From positions 18,600,001 to 18,664,000 of the forward strand of contig OX597840.1 in the NCBI GenBank assembly GCA_951406725.2: a stretch of 64,000 nucleotides of DNA. Direction: 5' to 3'. This stretch comes from Octopus vulgaris (lineage: Eukaryota). The first letter of the stretch is position 1. Every line of letters starts with the position of its first letter. The notes beneath the pieces are model-generated. The model saw only the letters and a list, made by a program, of their open reading frames with translations. It ran no database searches and had not been told where the DNA came from. This document shows, in pieces, positions 52,297-64,000 of this stretch. The translations under genes and the position numbers were made by a program.

Positions 52297-53020
52297 GATT
52301 TGGTAGACAGAAACTGAAAGAAGCCCATCGTATATATATGTATGTATATATGTGTGTGTGTGTGTGTGTGTGTCTTTGGGCGTTTGTCCCCCCACCATCG
52401 CTTAACAACCAATGCTGGTGTATTTACGTCCCCGTAACCTAGCGGTTCAGCAAAAGAGACAATAGAATAAGTACTAGGTTTGCAAAGAATAAGTCCTGGT
52501 GTCGATTTGCTCGACTAAAGGTGGTGCTCCAGCGTGGCCACAGTCAAATAACTGAAACAAGTAAAAGAGTAAGTACAGAGTGTAATATGAAATTAATAAG
52601 TGACAAAGGAGATGAAGTTCAAAATATAATTTCTTGTTCCCTTATCTGCTTAATTATTGTATATCTTTTATCTTTTACTTGTCTCAGTCACTTAACTGTG
52701 GCCATGCTGGAGCACTGGCCTTGGAGAATTTTTAGTCAAATGAACCAACCCTAGTACTCACTTTCGTTTTTAAACCTAGTCCTTATTCTAGTGGTCTCTT
52801 TTGCCAAACCACTAAGTTACAGGAGCTGTAAACATACCAACACTAGTTGTCAAGTGGTGGTGGAGGACACACACACACACACAAACAGGTTGGTTTCAGT
52901 TTCTCTACCAAATCCACTCAAGGTCCAAGGCTATAATAGAAGACACTTGCCCAAGGTGCTATGGTGCAGGATTGAACCCAAAACCATGTGGTTGGGAAGC
53001 AAACTTCTTACTGTGCAGCC
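52297..53020. mobile_element. Two family-A SINEs in inverted (tail-to-tail) orientation
   Basis: Plus copy about 52297-52572, minus copy about 52670-53020. Confidence 0.8.
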
Positions 53021-53145
53021 ACCCTTATTTAATCCTAAATACATTAGGACCCTACATCACCAATCTGTTCAGTCACGCTTGCCCTAATCCTAAACAACAA
53101 CACAGATTTAAGTAAAAATTAAAATGGATTAACTTTCAAACGAAC

Positions 53146-53293
53146 CCGGAAAATTTTGCGTTGAATTAGTGATGGAACTTTCTGGTAGCGTGGGGCTCTG
53201 GTTTGTTTCTAGCACTGGCTGTTGTATACATAGTGAATTAAGTATTTGTTCCGCTGTTAGTCTTGGAGAATCTTCACTGGAACCCGATGCTGC
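53146..53293 (-). CDS. MTF1: MTF1 internal exon (AASGSSEDSPRLTAEQILNSLCIQQ...NFP)
   Basis: TAGCAG acceptor, phase 0 in; G|GTTCGT donor, phase 1 out; bridges the flanking exons in frame. Confidence 0.7.
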
Positions 53294-53557
53294 CTGCTAG
53301 TAATTAAAATGACATTATTAATACATCATATATACATACATTTGTTTAGATCATCAGTGAACTAAACCCCTCATATTCTCTCTCTTTCTCTCTCTCTCTA
53401 TATATATATATACATACTTTATTTAAAGCAGCAGAAAATTCATATTACTCTACCACTGGTATTTGAGTACTCTTTTTTCCACCTTGTTTCACATTTATGT
53501 GTTTACTCCGGTATATATATATATAGAGAGAGATAGATATAGATATATAAACATGCT

Positions 53558-53949
53558 CATTATTTATTTGACGATATTTGTCCATCTTGTTTGTTGTTAA
53601 CACAACGTTTCGGCTGATATACCCTCCAGCCTTCTTCAGGTGTCTTGGGGAAATTTCGAACCTGGGTTCCTATTCCTAAGGTATTTTTCGATATTATTAT
53701 TATTATTATTCAGGTCACTGCCTGGAATCAAACTCGGAATCTTGGGGTTAGTAGCTCACACTCTTAACCACTACGCCATAAAATAAAAACTACTGAATAA
53801 TAATAATAACAACATCTAAACTACCTTAGGAATGGAAACCCAGGTTCAAAATTTCCCCAAGACACCTGATGAAGGCTGGAGGGTATATCAGCCGAAACAT
53901 TGTAATGTAAATAATGTACATAATTCCTCATCTCTTAAATATAGAACTG
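53558..53949 (-). mobile_element. Foldback tRNA-head/hammerhead element, copy 2
   Basis: TSD TATAAACATGCT (53546-53557, 53950-53961); tRNA-like head 53780-53713; hammerheads 53599-53644(-) and about 53861-53902(+). Confidence 0.78.
53599..53644 (-). ncRNA. Minimal type I hammerhead ribozyme
   Basis: Minus strand GACAC-CTGAAGA-A-GGCTG-gagggtatat-CAGCC-GAAA-CG-TT-GTGTT. Confidence 0.75.
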
Positions 53950-54200
53950 TATAAACATGCTGTCGAAAATAATAGTTTAAAACATGTTAATTGAAGGATA
54001 TAATCAAGGCAATGACATAACATTTGTTACAAATTTTTGAGGTAGACTTATTTCATTATATATTTCCAGGCAATATTAACCGTGCCCCCTTTTCTCTTTT
54101 TATCCCCCTGCTTCTCACCCGACCGATACTTGAAAAAAAAAAAAAAAATCAAATCCAAGATAAAAAGTAAAACAAAAAAACTGGTCCTCTGACGACTTAC

Positions 54201-54362
54201 AACAATGGTGCTTTGTGGTAAAACATATGTTGAAGGTTCAGCAACCGATTCTATTTCCGTGCAAAATTCGTCCAGCACTCTTTGGTTGGACTGCGGACAA
54301 CAACAACCACCACTGTTATGGTTATCACAGATTTCAGAAGACGGACAACATTGTGAATGACC
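54201..54362 (-). CDS. MTF1: MTF1 internal Cys-rich exon
   Basis: CAG acceptor, GTAAGT donor, 162 bp, phase 0-0; GHSQCCPSSEICDNHNSGGCCCPQ... Confidence 0.8.
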
Positions 54363-54779
54363 CTGTGGAGAAAATGATCAAAACATTTTAGGTTTAGAGT
54401 TTAATTCAGGGGTGCTATCTGCATAAAAACACAAGACATAAGTTAAAGTCAGCATATTTAATGGTGGGAGAATTAAAAAATTAACTAGAAATAATTATGT
54501 GGTGAGACAGATAAGTCAGTGTTAAAATAAACAACTCTGACACCAGGGAAATGCAAGCACAAGACCACCCAGCCTGGTGAAGGCTGCACCAACAGAGGTG
54601 CCACCTCTTACGAACGGAACAGATTTGCAGGAGCATAAAGGAAATGTGAACTATGCAAGTCCAGAGTCAACCCCTTGCCTTCAGTTCCAGCATGCACTGG
54701 ACTGGTTGCCAGCAGCTGGACATCAAATGCCCCATCTTCTCCCATGTAATGTCCCTGGTCATTGGTGACAATGACAAAC

Positions 54780-55800
54780 TAATAATAATAATCCTTTCTA
54801 CTAAAGGCACAAGACCTGAAATCGGGGAAAGGGGACTGGTTGATTACATTGACCTCAGTGTTTCACTGGTACTTAATTTACTGACCCCAAAAGGATGAAA
54901 GGCAAAGTCGACCTTGACAGAATTTGAACTCAGAACGTAGCGACGGGCACAATACAGCAAAGCATTTTGTCCAGTGTGCTAATAATTCCGCCAGCTTGCT
55001 GCCTTCAATAATAATAATAATAATAAATGCCCTGATGCAATAATACCAGGCAGTGGCTTTCATGGCTTCTCATTTCGACTGATTGGAAGTGTTATCATGT
55101 TCATTGTTTTGAAATGGTATAAAAGATGGGCTACAGCAAATATTCTGCTCAATACCACAGATTTCCTCGTCAGTTGTTTGACCTTAACCAGTTGAGTATG
55201 TCCCTTAGTGGCTGACGATATGTGTATCTCTAAATCACAAGCAGAAGTAGTGGGGGAACATCATAGCCATGTGTTGAGAGGGATTCTTTGGGGTTTGAAT
55301 TATTCACCTCTGGAAACATGGGTGTTTTGTTCATCCTCAAACCTTATTCATGAACCTTTTGAGCAGGATGGGTTACTTGAGCAGAAGAAAATTCTAACTG
55401 GGCCCCACTGGCAAGGTCATATCCTATTTATCTTGATATGAGATCACCATGTCGCACACATATGGTTGTGATGCATGTGCCTGGTGTACCCTTATCAGAC
55501 GGGTAGTCATGATGGATATACTAGGCTTTGTATATTTTACCCCAGTGTCACTTTGATGGCATGCACTGCTCTCTCAATCAATAATAATAATGGCTGCAAA
55601 TTTTGGCACAAGGCCAGCAATTTCAGGAGAGAGGGTAAGTTAATTACATGGACCTCAGGACTCCACTGATACTTATTTTATCAACTCTGAAGGGATAAAA
55701 GGTCAAGTTGACCTCAACAGAATTTGAACTCAGAACGTAACGACAGACGAAATATCACTAAGCATTTTGTCCAGTGTACCAACAGGTTCTGCCAGCTCAC
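54780..55800 (-). mobile_element. Two family-B SINEs flanking a ~550-bp interspersed repeat (55025-55580) set in (AAT)n
   Basis: 55130-55280 matches 21470-21635. Confidence 0.7.
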
Positions 55801-56074
55801 CTCATTATCTGATAAACTAATGATAACATAATTAATTCTAGTTAACTTTATCACATTCCCAACATTATGAATCTGGTAAGACCGACAGTGTTAATATGTT
55901 TAACAATGTTAACTTCCACAGCCTGTTACTGCAAATTACTGGTGATGCTACGTATTTGGCATGGCCACCCTGTATACTGGTTGATTACAAGGAAGTGTAA
56001 TTTTTACAATATTTCATAATTAAACTTTAGCATTTAGCATGCAAGGCAGTGAGCTGGCAGAATTATTACCACAG

Positions 56075-56705
56075 TGGCACAGGAGTGGCTGTGTGGCAAG
56101 TAGTTTGATTACCAACAACATGGTTCCAGGTTCATTCACACTGTGTGGCACCTCAGGCAAGTATCTTCTGCTATAGCCTTTGGCCGACCAAAACCTTGTG
56201 AGTGGATTTACTAGACGGAAACTGAAAGAAGCCCGTCGTGTGTATATATATATATAAAAGCACCATTTGAGCGTGGCTGTTGCCAGTACCACCAAACTGA
56301 CCCTCATGCCGGTGGCACGTAAAAGCACCCACTACACTCTCAGAGTGGTTGGCGTTAGGAAGGGCATCCAGCTGTAGAAACTCTGCCAGATCGGATTGGA
56401 ATCTGGTTCGCCAGTCCTCAGTCAAATCGTCCAACCCATGCTAGCATGGAAAGCGGACGTTAAACGATGATGATATATGTATATGTAAGTGTGTATATAT
56501 TTGTGTGTCTTTGTTTGTGCCCCCAACATCGCTTGACAACTGATGCTGGTGTGTTTACATCCCTGTAACTTAGCAGCTCGGCAAAAAGGACTGATAGAAT
56601 AAGTACCAGGCTTACAAAGAGTCCTGGGGTCGATTTGCTCAACTAAAGGCGGTGCTCCACCATGGCCGCAGTCAAATGACAAACAAATAAAAGAGAGTAA
56701 AAAAA
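56075..56705 (+). mobile_element. Family-A SINE with a family-C SINE inserted in its microsatellite
   Basis: A head 56075-56250, C body 56255-56472, A tail 56480-56705. Confidence 0.78.
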
Positions 56706-57070
56706 GAGAGTGGAGGAAAATGCTTAACAGCATTTCATTCATCTTTACATTCTGGGGTCGGACTGGGGTTGATGTCATCCCACTCCTCAGAAATTGCTGG
56801 CCTTGTGCCGAAATTTGAAACTAACATTTAACTCTTAGGTAATTTCAATATCCTTTGAAATCATGTCAAAAATACAGAATAAAATATATTCTCAAATTAT
56901 AAAAACACACCCCTGGTGATGCATACAGCAGCTGTGTGAAGTTTGCGATGAGCCACAAGTGGCACATGTGGAAGTTAATGGGTTGTATTAAAAAGGAGTA
57001 GGGAGTATTAAAAAGTTGACTAGAAATTATATGGGCAGACAAAGAATTAATATAAATCCCAAAGACTTAC

Positions 57071-57195
57071 CGATTTCTCTGGACTGTCTCGTGGATTTGA
57101 CAATCTATCATGACGGTTCTTATGAGATTTTAAGCTGTATGGCGTCGTAAAAGACCGATGACATCCATCTTGTTCACACGTAAATGGCTTCTCAC
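57071..57195 (-). CDS. MTF1: MTF1 exon, zinc finger 6
   Basis: GEKPFTCEQDGCHRSFTTPYSLKSHKNRHDR...; GAG acceptor, GTAAGT donor. Confidence 0.92.
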
Positions 57196-58973
57196 CTCCA
57201 CACAGAATAGAAAAATTGAATAGAAATTATATATATACAAAAAAAAAAAGGGGGGGGGTATAGTACTATGTGATACGCAGCCTAAACCAGATTCAATAGC
57301 AAGTTCTACATTCTGAGCAACATGGTGTCCTCCATGGTGCTGATGGCACTAAAAAAGCAGCGAGGACACTCATACTTAATTATACCTGCAAGCAGTAACA
57401 TTCATCTGGGGTGGGTCGAGCTTGCTCCAACCAACAGGTTCGCCACGTCCCTCACTAATGCTGACCACATCCGATGGTCAGTTGCAGTCAAGGTTGTAAT
57501 GGAGACTCACTCAAACTGCATGGATGCCATAGCAGTAGTCAGTACCCGAGGAGGTGTAGGGTACATGTTCGATGTTTCAGTGGGAATCTAGGTTCACATG
57601 TGTTCCCTGGTCACATGCATGCACACTTTGGGACAATGTGATCTGTAGCAGCTCATCCTGTTGTCGATTGTCAAGCACCAGAGAGGATTTGCTGAACAAG
57701 TCACTGCCGATTATCAGAGGAGACGTGGCCTGTGTCTGAAGTATGTTCTACAGATATGCTTTAACAAAAACTAAGGGGTGCCTCACCCCCAGTGACTTTT
57801 CAGCACACCAGACAACAACTCAGAATGTGTGAGGGCCTATGCTAATGCTAGATACTCATTGAGCCTATACTAGTGTCAGCTGTCCTTTTACAGAACACAC
57901 TGTAAAGTGACTAGCATCAGGAAGGGCATCAAAACCATGCCAAAGCAGACACAGGAGTACGATGCAGTCCTTGACTCATTGGGTCCATGTCAAACCATCT
58001 GGCACACACCAGCAGAGAACACGGACGCTGAATAATGATGATGGGGGTGGCAAATAACTGTCAAAAGGCCCTTTCAAGTTGTGAATAGTAGTTTGGTTGA
58101 GAGGTTGGCAAGAACTAAATAAATCCTGATAAAACGAACTTATGATGAAGGGCATTCCAACCATGACGAAACAGGCTTTTTGGAGATATATTTAGAATTA
58201 CATTATTGGATGTATCTATCCTTTCAATTTTTTAAAGGTAAGGTGTAATTTGAGGACGTTTTGGCTGTTGTTTCTACCCGTTTTATTGGTTTCCTTAAAG
58301 GAACAACAAAAGACTAAAGATGGAATACAAAAAGACAGAGAAAATAGACAAATCTGAAGAAAAAGAAAAAAGGAGGTTCTAGAACAATCCAAACCAAATA
58401 TAACTTACAACTACAAAAGATAAGGATCAGGTGCCAGATAAATGCGGAGGGGTCTGATCCCACGGTGGGTTGAAAATATTTTGTGTTTCTACAATAATCA
58501 AAACTAAGGGAGGTAACTCAGTTTTTTTTTTTTTGTTTCCAAGCTGACAGGTGAAGATGCTTTTGTGGTTGTTCGATTTGCTATCGTCTCAAAAGCGTTA
58601 AGACACGACAATTGAAGGATGCAGTGTTTTAGATGGATTGCTCATGGCTAGAAAATGTTTTTTGATAAGTCATCTTTAATAAGGGTTGACCTGGTGCTAA
58701 AATAACTGCAACCACCTTCGGCCTTCTTGAAGAAATTAAGAGGACTATTGGTCAAACTCTGCGAAAGACCATCGCAAGACATTGAAAATATCATCAACAT
58801 TTAACGTCCGTTTTCCATGCTGGCATAGGTTGGATGGCTTGACAGGAACTGGAAAGGCTAGTCTGTTTTGGCCTGGTTTCTACAACTGGATCCCCTTCCT
58901 AAAGCCAACAACTTTACAGGGCATACTGGGTATATATACATACATACATACACACATATATATACATACATAC

Positions 58974-59013
<40 letters not shown>

Positions 59014-59234
59014 AGAATTGAGATGATGCCACGTAAAAGCATCCAGCACACTCTAAAGTGGTTGGTGTTAGGAAGGGCATCTAGCCATAGAAACCATGAC
59101 AAATCAGACAGGGGTCTGGTGCAGCTATCCATCTCTGGACACCATCCAACCCATGCCAGCATGGACAACAGACATTAAATGATGATGATATATATTTGGG
59201 CTGGATTGTCCAAATAAATCCATTGTTCACATTG

Positions 59235-59810
59235 GGCCAGTGGTTAGGGCAGCAGACTCGTGGCCATAGGGTCATGGTTTCGATTCCCAGACCGAGCATT
59301 GTGAGTGTTTATTGAGCAGAAACACAAAGCTCCAGCAGAAGGTGATGGTGAGCTCTGCTGTACTTTTTCACCACAACTTTCTCAAACTATTTCTTCCTGT
59401 TTCTGTCGCACCTGTATTTCAAAGGACCAGCCTTGTCACACTGTATCACGCTGAATCTCCCCGAGATCTACATTAAGGGTACACATGTCTGTGGAGTGCT
59501 CAACCACTTGCTGGACATTGTTGTAGAGCTGAAAACGAGGCAATATCTACTCTTCTCCTCTGGAAGCCATCTACTCAGAACACCAGAGGATGCACACTCT
59601 CCTACCCTGATGTAATCTCCAGGGATACAGGCATCCAGCAACAGGACCTCCGTAATGCCATGAGGGACCGTGAAGTCTGGCGTAGCATGGTAAATTCCAT
59701 TGTCTCAACCACGGTCGAACAATGATGATGATGACTTGCAAGTTAATTTCATGAGCAGACTGTTCTGTTGATTGGGTCAACTGGAACCCTCGTGGTCGTA
59801 ACCGGAGTGC
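59235..59810 (+). mobile_element. tRNA-derived SINE (family D) interrupted by an RTE-like 3' fragment (about 59512-59733)
   Basis: Head CAGTGGTTAG..GGTTTCGATTCCC; body homologous to 40145-40410(-); insert ends (GAT)n with ACTTGC duplication. Confidence 0.68.
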
Positions 59811-61118
59811 CACAGTAGATTGTCCACTGCAAGACGAGGGCCTCAGCATGTTCTCTCCACCAATCACAGTTGGTCTGATGTGCAGCCTGTAAATTTGAGC
59901 TTGAGACCATAGTGGTCTGATTAGCCTACTCTGCTACACTGGCTTCACAAGGCTTGGCCTGGGTTTTTTTATACTCATACGCAGTACTCAAGTCGATTAT
60001 ATAGTGCTCAACTGGTACTTAACCCCGAAAGGATGAACGGCAAAGTCACCCACAGTGGAATAGGAACAAAATACCCCAAAGAATCTCGCCTGACATGCTA
60101 ACGATTCCACCAGCTCGCCATCATATATAAATATATATCTATTTGAGTCTCTTTATGTGTTTCTCACCAATCACCGCTTGACAACCGGTGTTGGTTTGTT
60201 TATGTTCCCCTAACAGAGCTTCAGCAAAGAGTCTAACAGAATAAGTACCAGGTTTTAAAAAGAAGTAGTGGGGAAGGTTCATTCGATTAAACCACTTCAA
60301 AGTGGTGCTCCAGCATGGCTGCAGTCTAATGGCTGAAACAAGAGTAAAAGACCATGATTTATAAGGATATCGATATTTGCTATTGATTTTTTTTTTATCA
60401 TTGGTCATCTTATGGTTGTAGTAGTTATCTCCCTTGGCTTGGATTGTTCCAGAACCTCCATTTTTTTTCCCCTTCCCCAGCTCTCTTTATCTGTTGTGTT
60501 TCTTTGCTGTGCTTTTTCTTTTGCCTTCTTTTGTTTAGTCTCTTCTTTAAGGAAACCAATAAGAGGGCCAGCCACTCTGCCTGTTCACTCAACGTGCTAG
60601 AAAGAGCAACTAAAATTTCCTCAATTTACACCTGCTTTTTGTTAAAAAAAATAAAAATAAAACGACCTCTTCAATAATGTAAGTCTAAATATATTCCTAG
60701 AGGTGGTTATTTTTAGCCCAAGTCAAAGGCAATCAAACAGACCACTACGCTCACAGACACTCCAGCCGTGACCAAGTGATGTTCTAGCATGGCCTTTAAC
60801 CATTTCAGTCAAAACAATTTTGAAGAACTAAAATTCCCCTTTTTTTCCGCCACTTCATGCTGGAATGGATTGGATGATCCAACAGTACTCTCCAAGTACA
60901 ATGAGCTTAAAGTGAGCTTCAGGCTGCTATTACCTAGCAACAGTTAACATGAGACACTCATAACTCAGTGGCTAGAAAAGTTGCCCTGTAAACTAGAGGT
61001 TGTAAGTTCAATACTCAACGAGGGGTATTTTTTTTTTTTGCTGATGTAATTTCCTTAGGATAAAGATTTTGTCCTTTAGCTTGGATTATTCCAGATAATG
61101 GTGAAACATGAGACTTAC

Positions 61119-61192
61119 CAGTATGTGTGCGTGTGTGTGTCTTTAAATGGTGGCTGGCAGCAAAAGCTTTACCACAACCATTTTCACTGCAT
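61119..61192 (-). CDS. MTF1: MTF1 exon, zinc finger 5
   Basis: [25 protein letters not shown] matches vertebrate MTF1 F5; CAG and GTAAGT splice sites. Confidence 0.95.
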
Positions 61193-61673
61193 CTGTTGGA
61201 GGAGAGAAAAAAAGAAACAAAAATCCAATCATCATCATCATCTTTTAATGTCTGTTTTCTATGCTGGCATGGGTCGGACAGTTTGGTGAGAGCTGCCCAA
61301 ATTCCAACTGTCTGTTTTGGCATTGGTTCTATGGCTGGATGCCCTTCCTAATGCCAACCACTTTACAAAATGTGCTGGGTGCTTTTTATGTGCTGCTGGC
61401 ACAGGTGTGTGTATAGTCCGTATGTATCACTTAGGTTTTCGAGGGAGGATGACCTCCCTTTGCAAATATCATAAGTGCACTGAAATTGTGTCTAAGGCCA
61501 GCTGGAGACGTCGATCTCCTGGGGCTAAAAGCGTCAGTAACACCCACCCCCAGTGGCTAGCCACATTCAGATGGCTAGTACACCTTACATTGTCGAGTGG
61601 TTACTGTTTACATCTCGTTCAGAGATTTATTAATGCTTATATATATATTTATTTATTGTTACTATTATGTTAA

Positions 61674-61866
61674 ACTGTCGTATGTCCAAATTTGGCTAAA
61701 TGGTTTTTTTTTTTTTTAAATATTTAATTTTGCTTGCAATAGCCAGTTCTTTCGGTCAAACTATCGTATCTCCAGCTGTTTCAGATGCCAAAATATGAAG
61801 ATTGTCAAAGTGTAGCACAACAGTTTAGCATTTTTCAAAAGTGTAGTAAGTCCCACATACGACAGT
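61674..61866. mobile_element. Possible MITE
   Basis: 12-bp terminal inverted repeat ACTGTCGTATGT / ACATACGACAGT. Confidence 0.45.
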
Positions 61867-62055
61867 GTTTACAAAAATACTTCTGACTGAAAATATCATA
61901 CAGGCATGGAGTTAGGATTTTATGCACCCAACTGAATCTGTTGCTAATGTAAAAAGAAATGCAATAGTGAAACTATTTTTTCGTTTTCTGAAAAAGCAAT
62001 GTTTTGGACTTACGACACTTTTGCATAATAGCAATGACACACACACACACACACA

Positions 62056-62570
62056 CACGAGGTGGTGCTGAAAAGTTTCTGGGTTTACGAGTATCATGAA
62101 AAGCCGGGTTGGAGGCTCAACCTTCAAGTTCTTTTACAAGGTTTACAAAAACTGATGGATCACTGCAGTCAGTGTGTGAATCTGAGAGGGGAAGATGTTG
62201 AATAAGATCATAATTAACTGATCATCATCATCACTTAACGTCCGCTTTCCATGTTAGCATGGGTTGGACGATTTGACTGAGGTCAAGCGAACCAGACTCT
62301 AATCTGATCTGGCAGAGTTTCTACAGCTTGATGCCCTTCCTAACGCCAACCACTCCGAGAGTGTAGTGGGTGCTTTTACGTGCCACCGGCACGAGGGCCA
62401 GTTTGGTGGTACTGGCAACAGCCACGCCCAAATGGTGCTTTTTATGTGCCACCTGCACAGGAGCCAGTCCAGCAGCACTGGCAACGACCTTGCTCGAATG
62501 TTTCGTGTACCACCAGCACAAGTGCTAGTAAGGTGATGCAAAGCCAGGAACTTTTCAGCAGCCCCACATA
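62056..62570 (+). mobile_element. Non-autonomous mariner-type element with a family-C SINE inserted (62220-62510)
   Basis: TIRs GCTGAAAAGTT.CTGG.TTT / AAAGCCAGGAACTTTTCAGC; transposase C-terminus FYK...KL.D.C..CVNLRGEDVE*. Confidence 0.72.
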
Positions 62571-62680
62571 CACTATGAAAGGGAAGCTGTGTGTATCGAG
62601 GGTCTGTCTATCTACCAGGTAGGATTTCTGTTATTCTGATGTCTTCTGCGAATGTAACACAACATGAAAGAGATACGTAC

Positions 62681-62812
62681 TTGTAAGGCCGTTCCCCGGT
62701 ATGCGTTCGAATGTGCTTCCGTAGATCACTCAATGTGGTGAAGTATTTTGTGCACCCGTTTTCATCGCAATTAAACGTATCTCCAGTGTGTAAGCGCTGA
62801 TGGGCACGTAAC
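62681..62812 (-). CDS. MTF1: MTF1 exon, end of zinc finger 3 plus finger 4 (upstream exons lie beyond the window)
   Basis: [45 protein letters not shown] matches MTF1 F3/F4; TAG acceptor, GTACGT donor. Confidence 0.96.
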
Positions 62813-62914
62813 CTAGAGAGAGGGACAAGGACAGAAAAGAAAAAAGAATAATAAAACACAAAGTACATCAACATCAAAATAAATATCAAATGGAAATTGT
62901 AGTTGTGATACCTG

Positions 62915-63495
62915 CGCCGGCGGCACGTTAAAAGCACCATCCGAACGTGGTCGATGTCAGCTCTGCCTTGACTGGCTTCTGTGCTGGTGACACGTAAAAA
63001 GCACCATCCGAACGTGGTCGATGTCAGCTCTGCCTTGACTGGCTTCTGTGCCGGTGACACGTAAAAAGCACCATCCGAACGTGGTCGATGTCAGCTCTGC
63101 CTTGACTGGCTTCTGTGCCGGTGGCACGTAAAAAGCACCATCCGAACATGGTCGATGTCAGCTCTGCCTTGACTGGCTTCTGTGCCGGTGGCACGTAAAA
63201 AGCACCATCCGAACGTGGCCAATGCCAGCTCCACCCTGACTGGCTTCTGTGCTGGTGGCACGTAAAAAGCACCAACTGATCGTGGCTGCTGCCAGCCTCC
63301 CCTGGACCCTGTGCCGGTGACATGTAAAAAGCACCCACTACACTCACAGAGTGGTTGGTGTCAGGAAGGGCATCCAGCTGTAGAAACACTGCCAGATCAG
63401 ACTGGAAACTGGTGCAGCCTCCTGGCTTCCCAGACCCTGGTCGAACCAGTGTTAGTACAGAAAACGGACGTTGAACGATGATGATAATGATGATG
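62915..63495 (+). mobile_element. SINE family C with 67-bp internal tandem repeat x5
   Basis: GCACCATCCGAAC at 62934, 63001, 63068, 63135 and 63202. Confidence 0.88.
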
Positions 63496-63515
63496 AAAGA
63501 AATAAACTACAGTTT

Positions 63516-63932
63516 TTAACCCTTCAAGCATTCAGATTACTCCATTAAATCTAATGCTTATTCATGTTTTGAATCAACCATGAATTATGTCATAGCTTCA
63601 AGATTTTCATGATGCGATTATATATTTTTAAAATGACATTGTAAGATAGGTATGAAAGGCTGGATCTGGCCAGTTTGAACACAAAACAGGGAGAGTATTT
63701 GGGCCAAATATGGCTAAGTTAACCCTTTAGCATTCAGATTATTCTGTCAAATGTAATATTTATTTATTCACATTCCTTTGTGTTAATCATGTATTATTTT
63801 GTAGCTTCTGGATTTTGATGAGGTAACAATTTTTAGAATGGTATTGTAGGGTAGGTGTGAGAGAACAGACCTGGCCAGTTTGAGCATAAAACAGGTAGAA
63901 TATTTTGACCAAGTATGGCCAGTTTAAATGCT
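63516..63932. mobile_element. piggyBac-type MITE, two tandem copies
   Basis: TTAACCCTT starts at about 63516 and 63719; reverse-complement homologs of 45209-45637. Confidence 0.7.
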
Positions 63933-64000
63933 AATTATATATATATATATATACAATAATAATAATAATTTGAGGGAATATTATTCCTAACTTACAGGGA

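Noticed and set aside
57240-57860. Intronic segment with weak RT-like translation (FDVSVGI)
   Set aside because: Too degenerate to classify.
62929-63340. CRISPR-like repeat/spacer appearance
   Set aside because: Eukaryotic context, near-identical spacers, no cas genes; it is a SINE-internal VNTR.

Overview
This is eukaryotic, AT-rich, repeat-dense DNA; the SINE families and microsatellites point to an octopus genome (inference). The only clear host gene is the 3' part of MTF1 (metal-regulatory transcription factor 1) on the minus strand. Six phase-compatible coding exons (62812 to 49078) cover the end of zinc finger 3, fingers 4-6, a Cys-rich exon and a long Gln/Pro/Ser/Thr-rich terminal exon with Cys-His-Asn repeats. 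The rest is nested transposon debris: a full-length Tx1/L1-clade LINE with a 16-bp TSD, a near-complete RTE LINE, R4/Dong, I/Ingi, Penelope-like, Gypsy, MULE, mariner and piggyBac-type remnants, and dozens of tRNA-derived SINEs. The most unusual signals are: (1) a small foldback element, present twice with TSDs, joining a tRNA-like Pol III head to Penelope-type hammerhead-ribozyme arms, one copy placing an intact hammerhead in the sense strand of an MTF1 intron; (2) several further unrelated minimal hammerheads; (3) a SINE whose 3' tail matches the Tx1-clade LINEs in the window. All calls were made by eye, so repeat boundaries are approximate and novelty is unverified.
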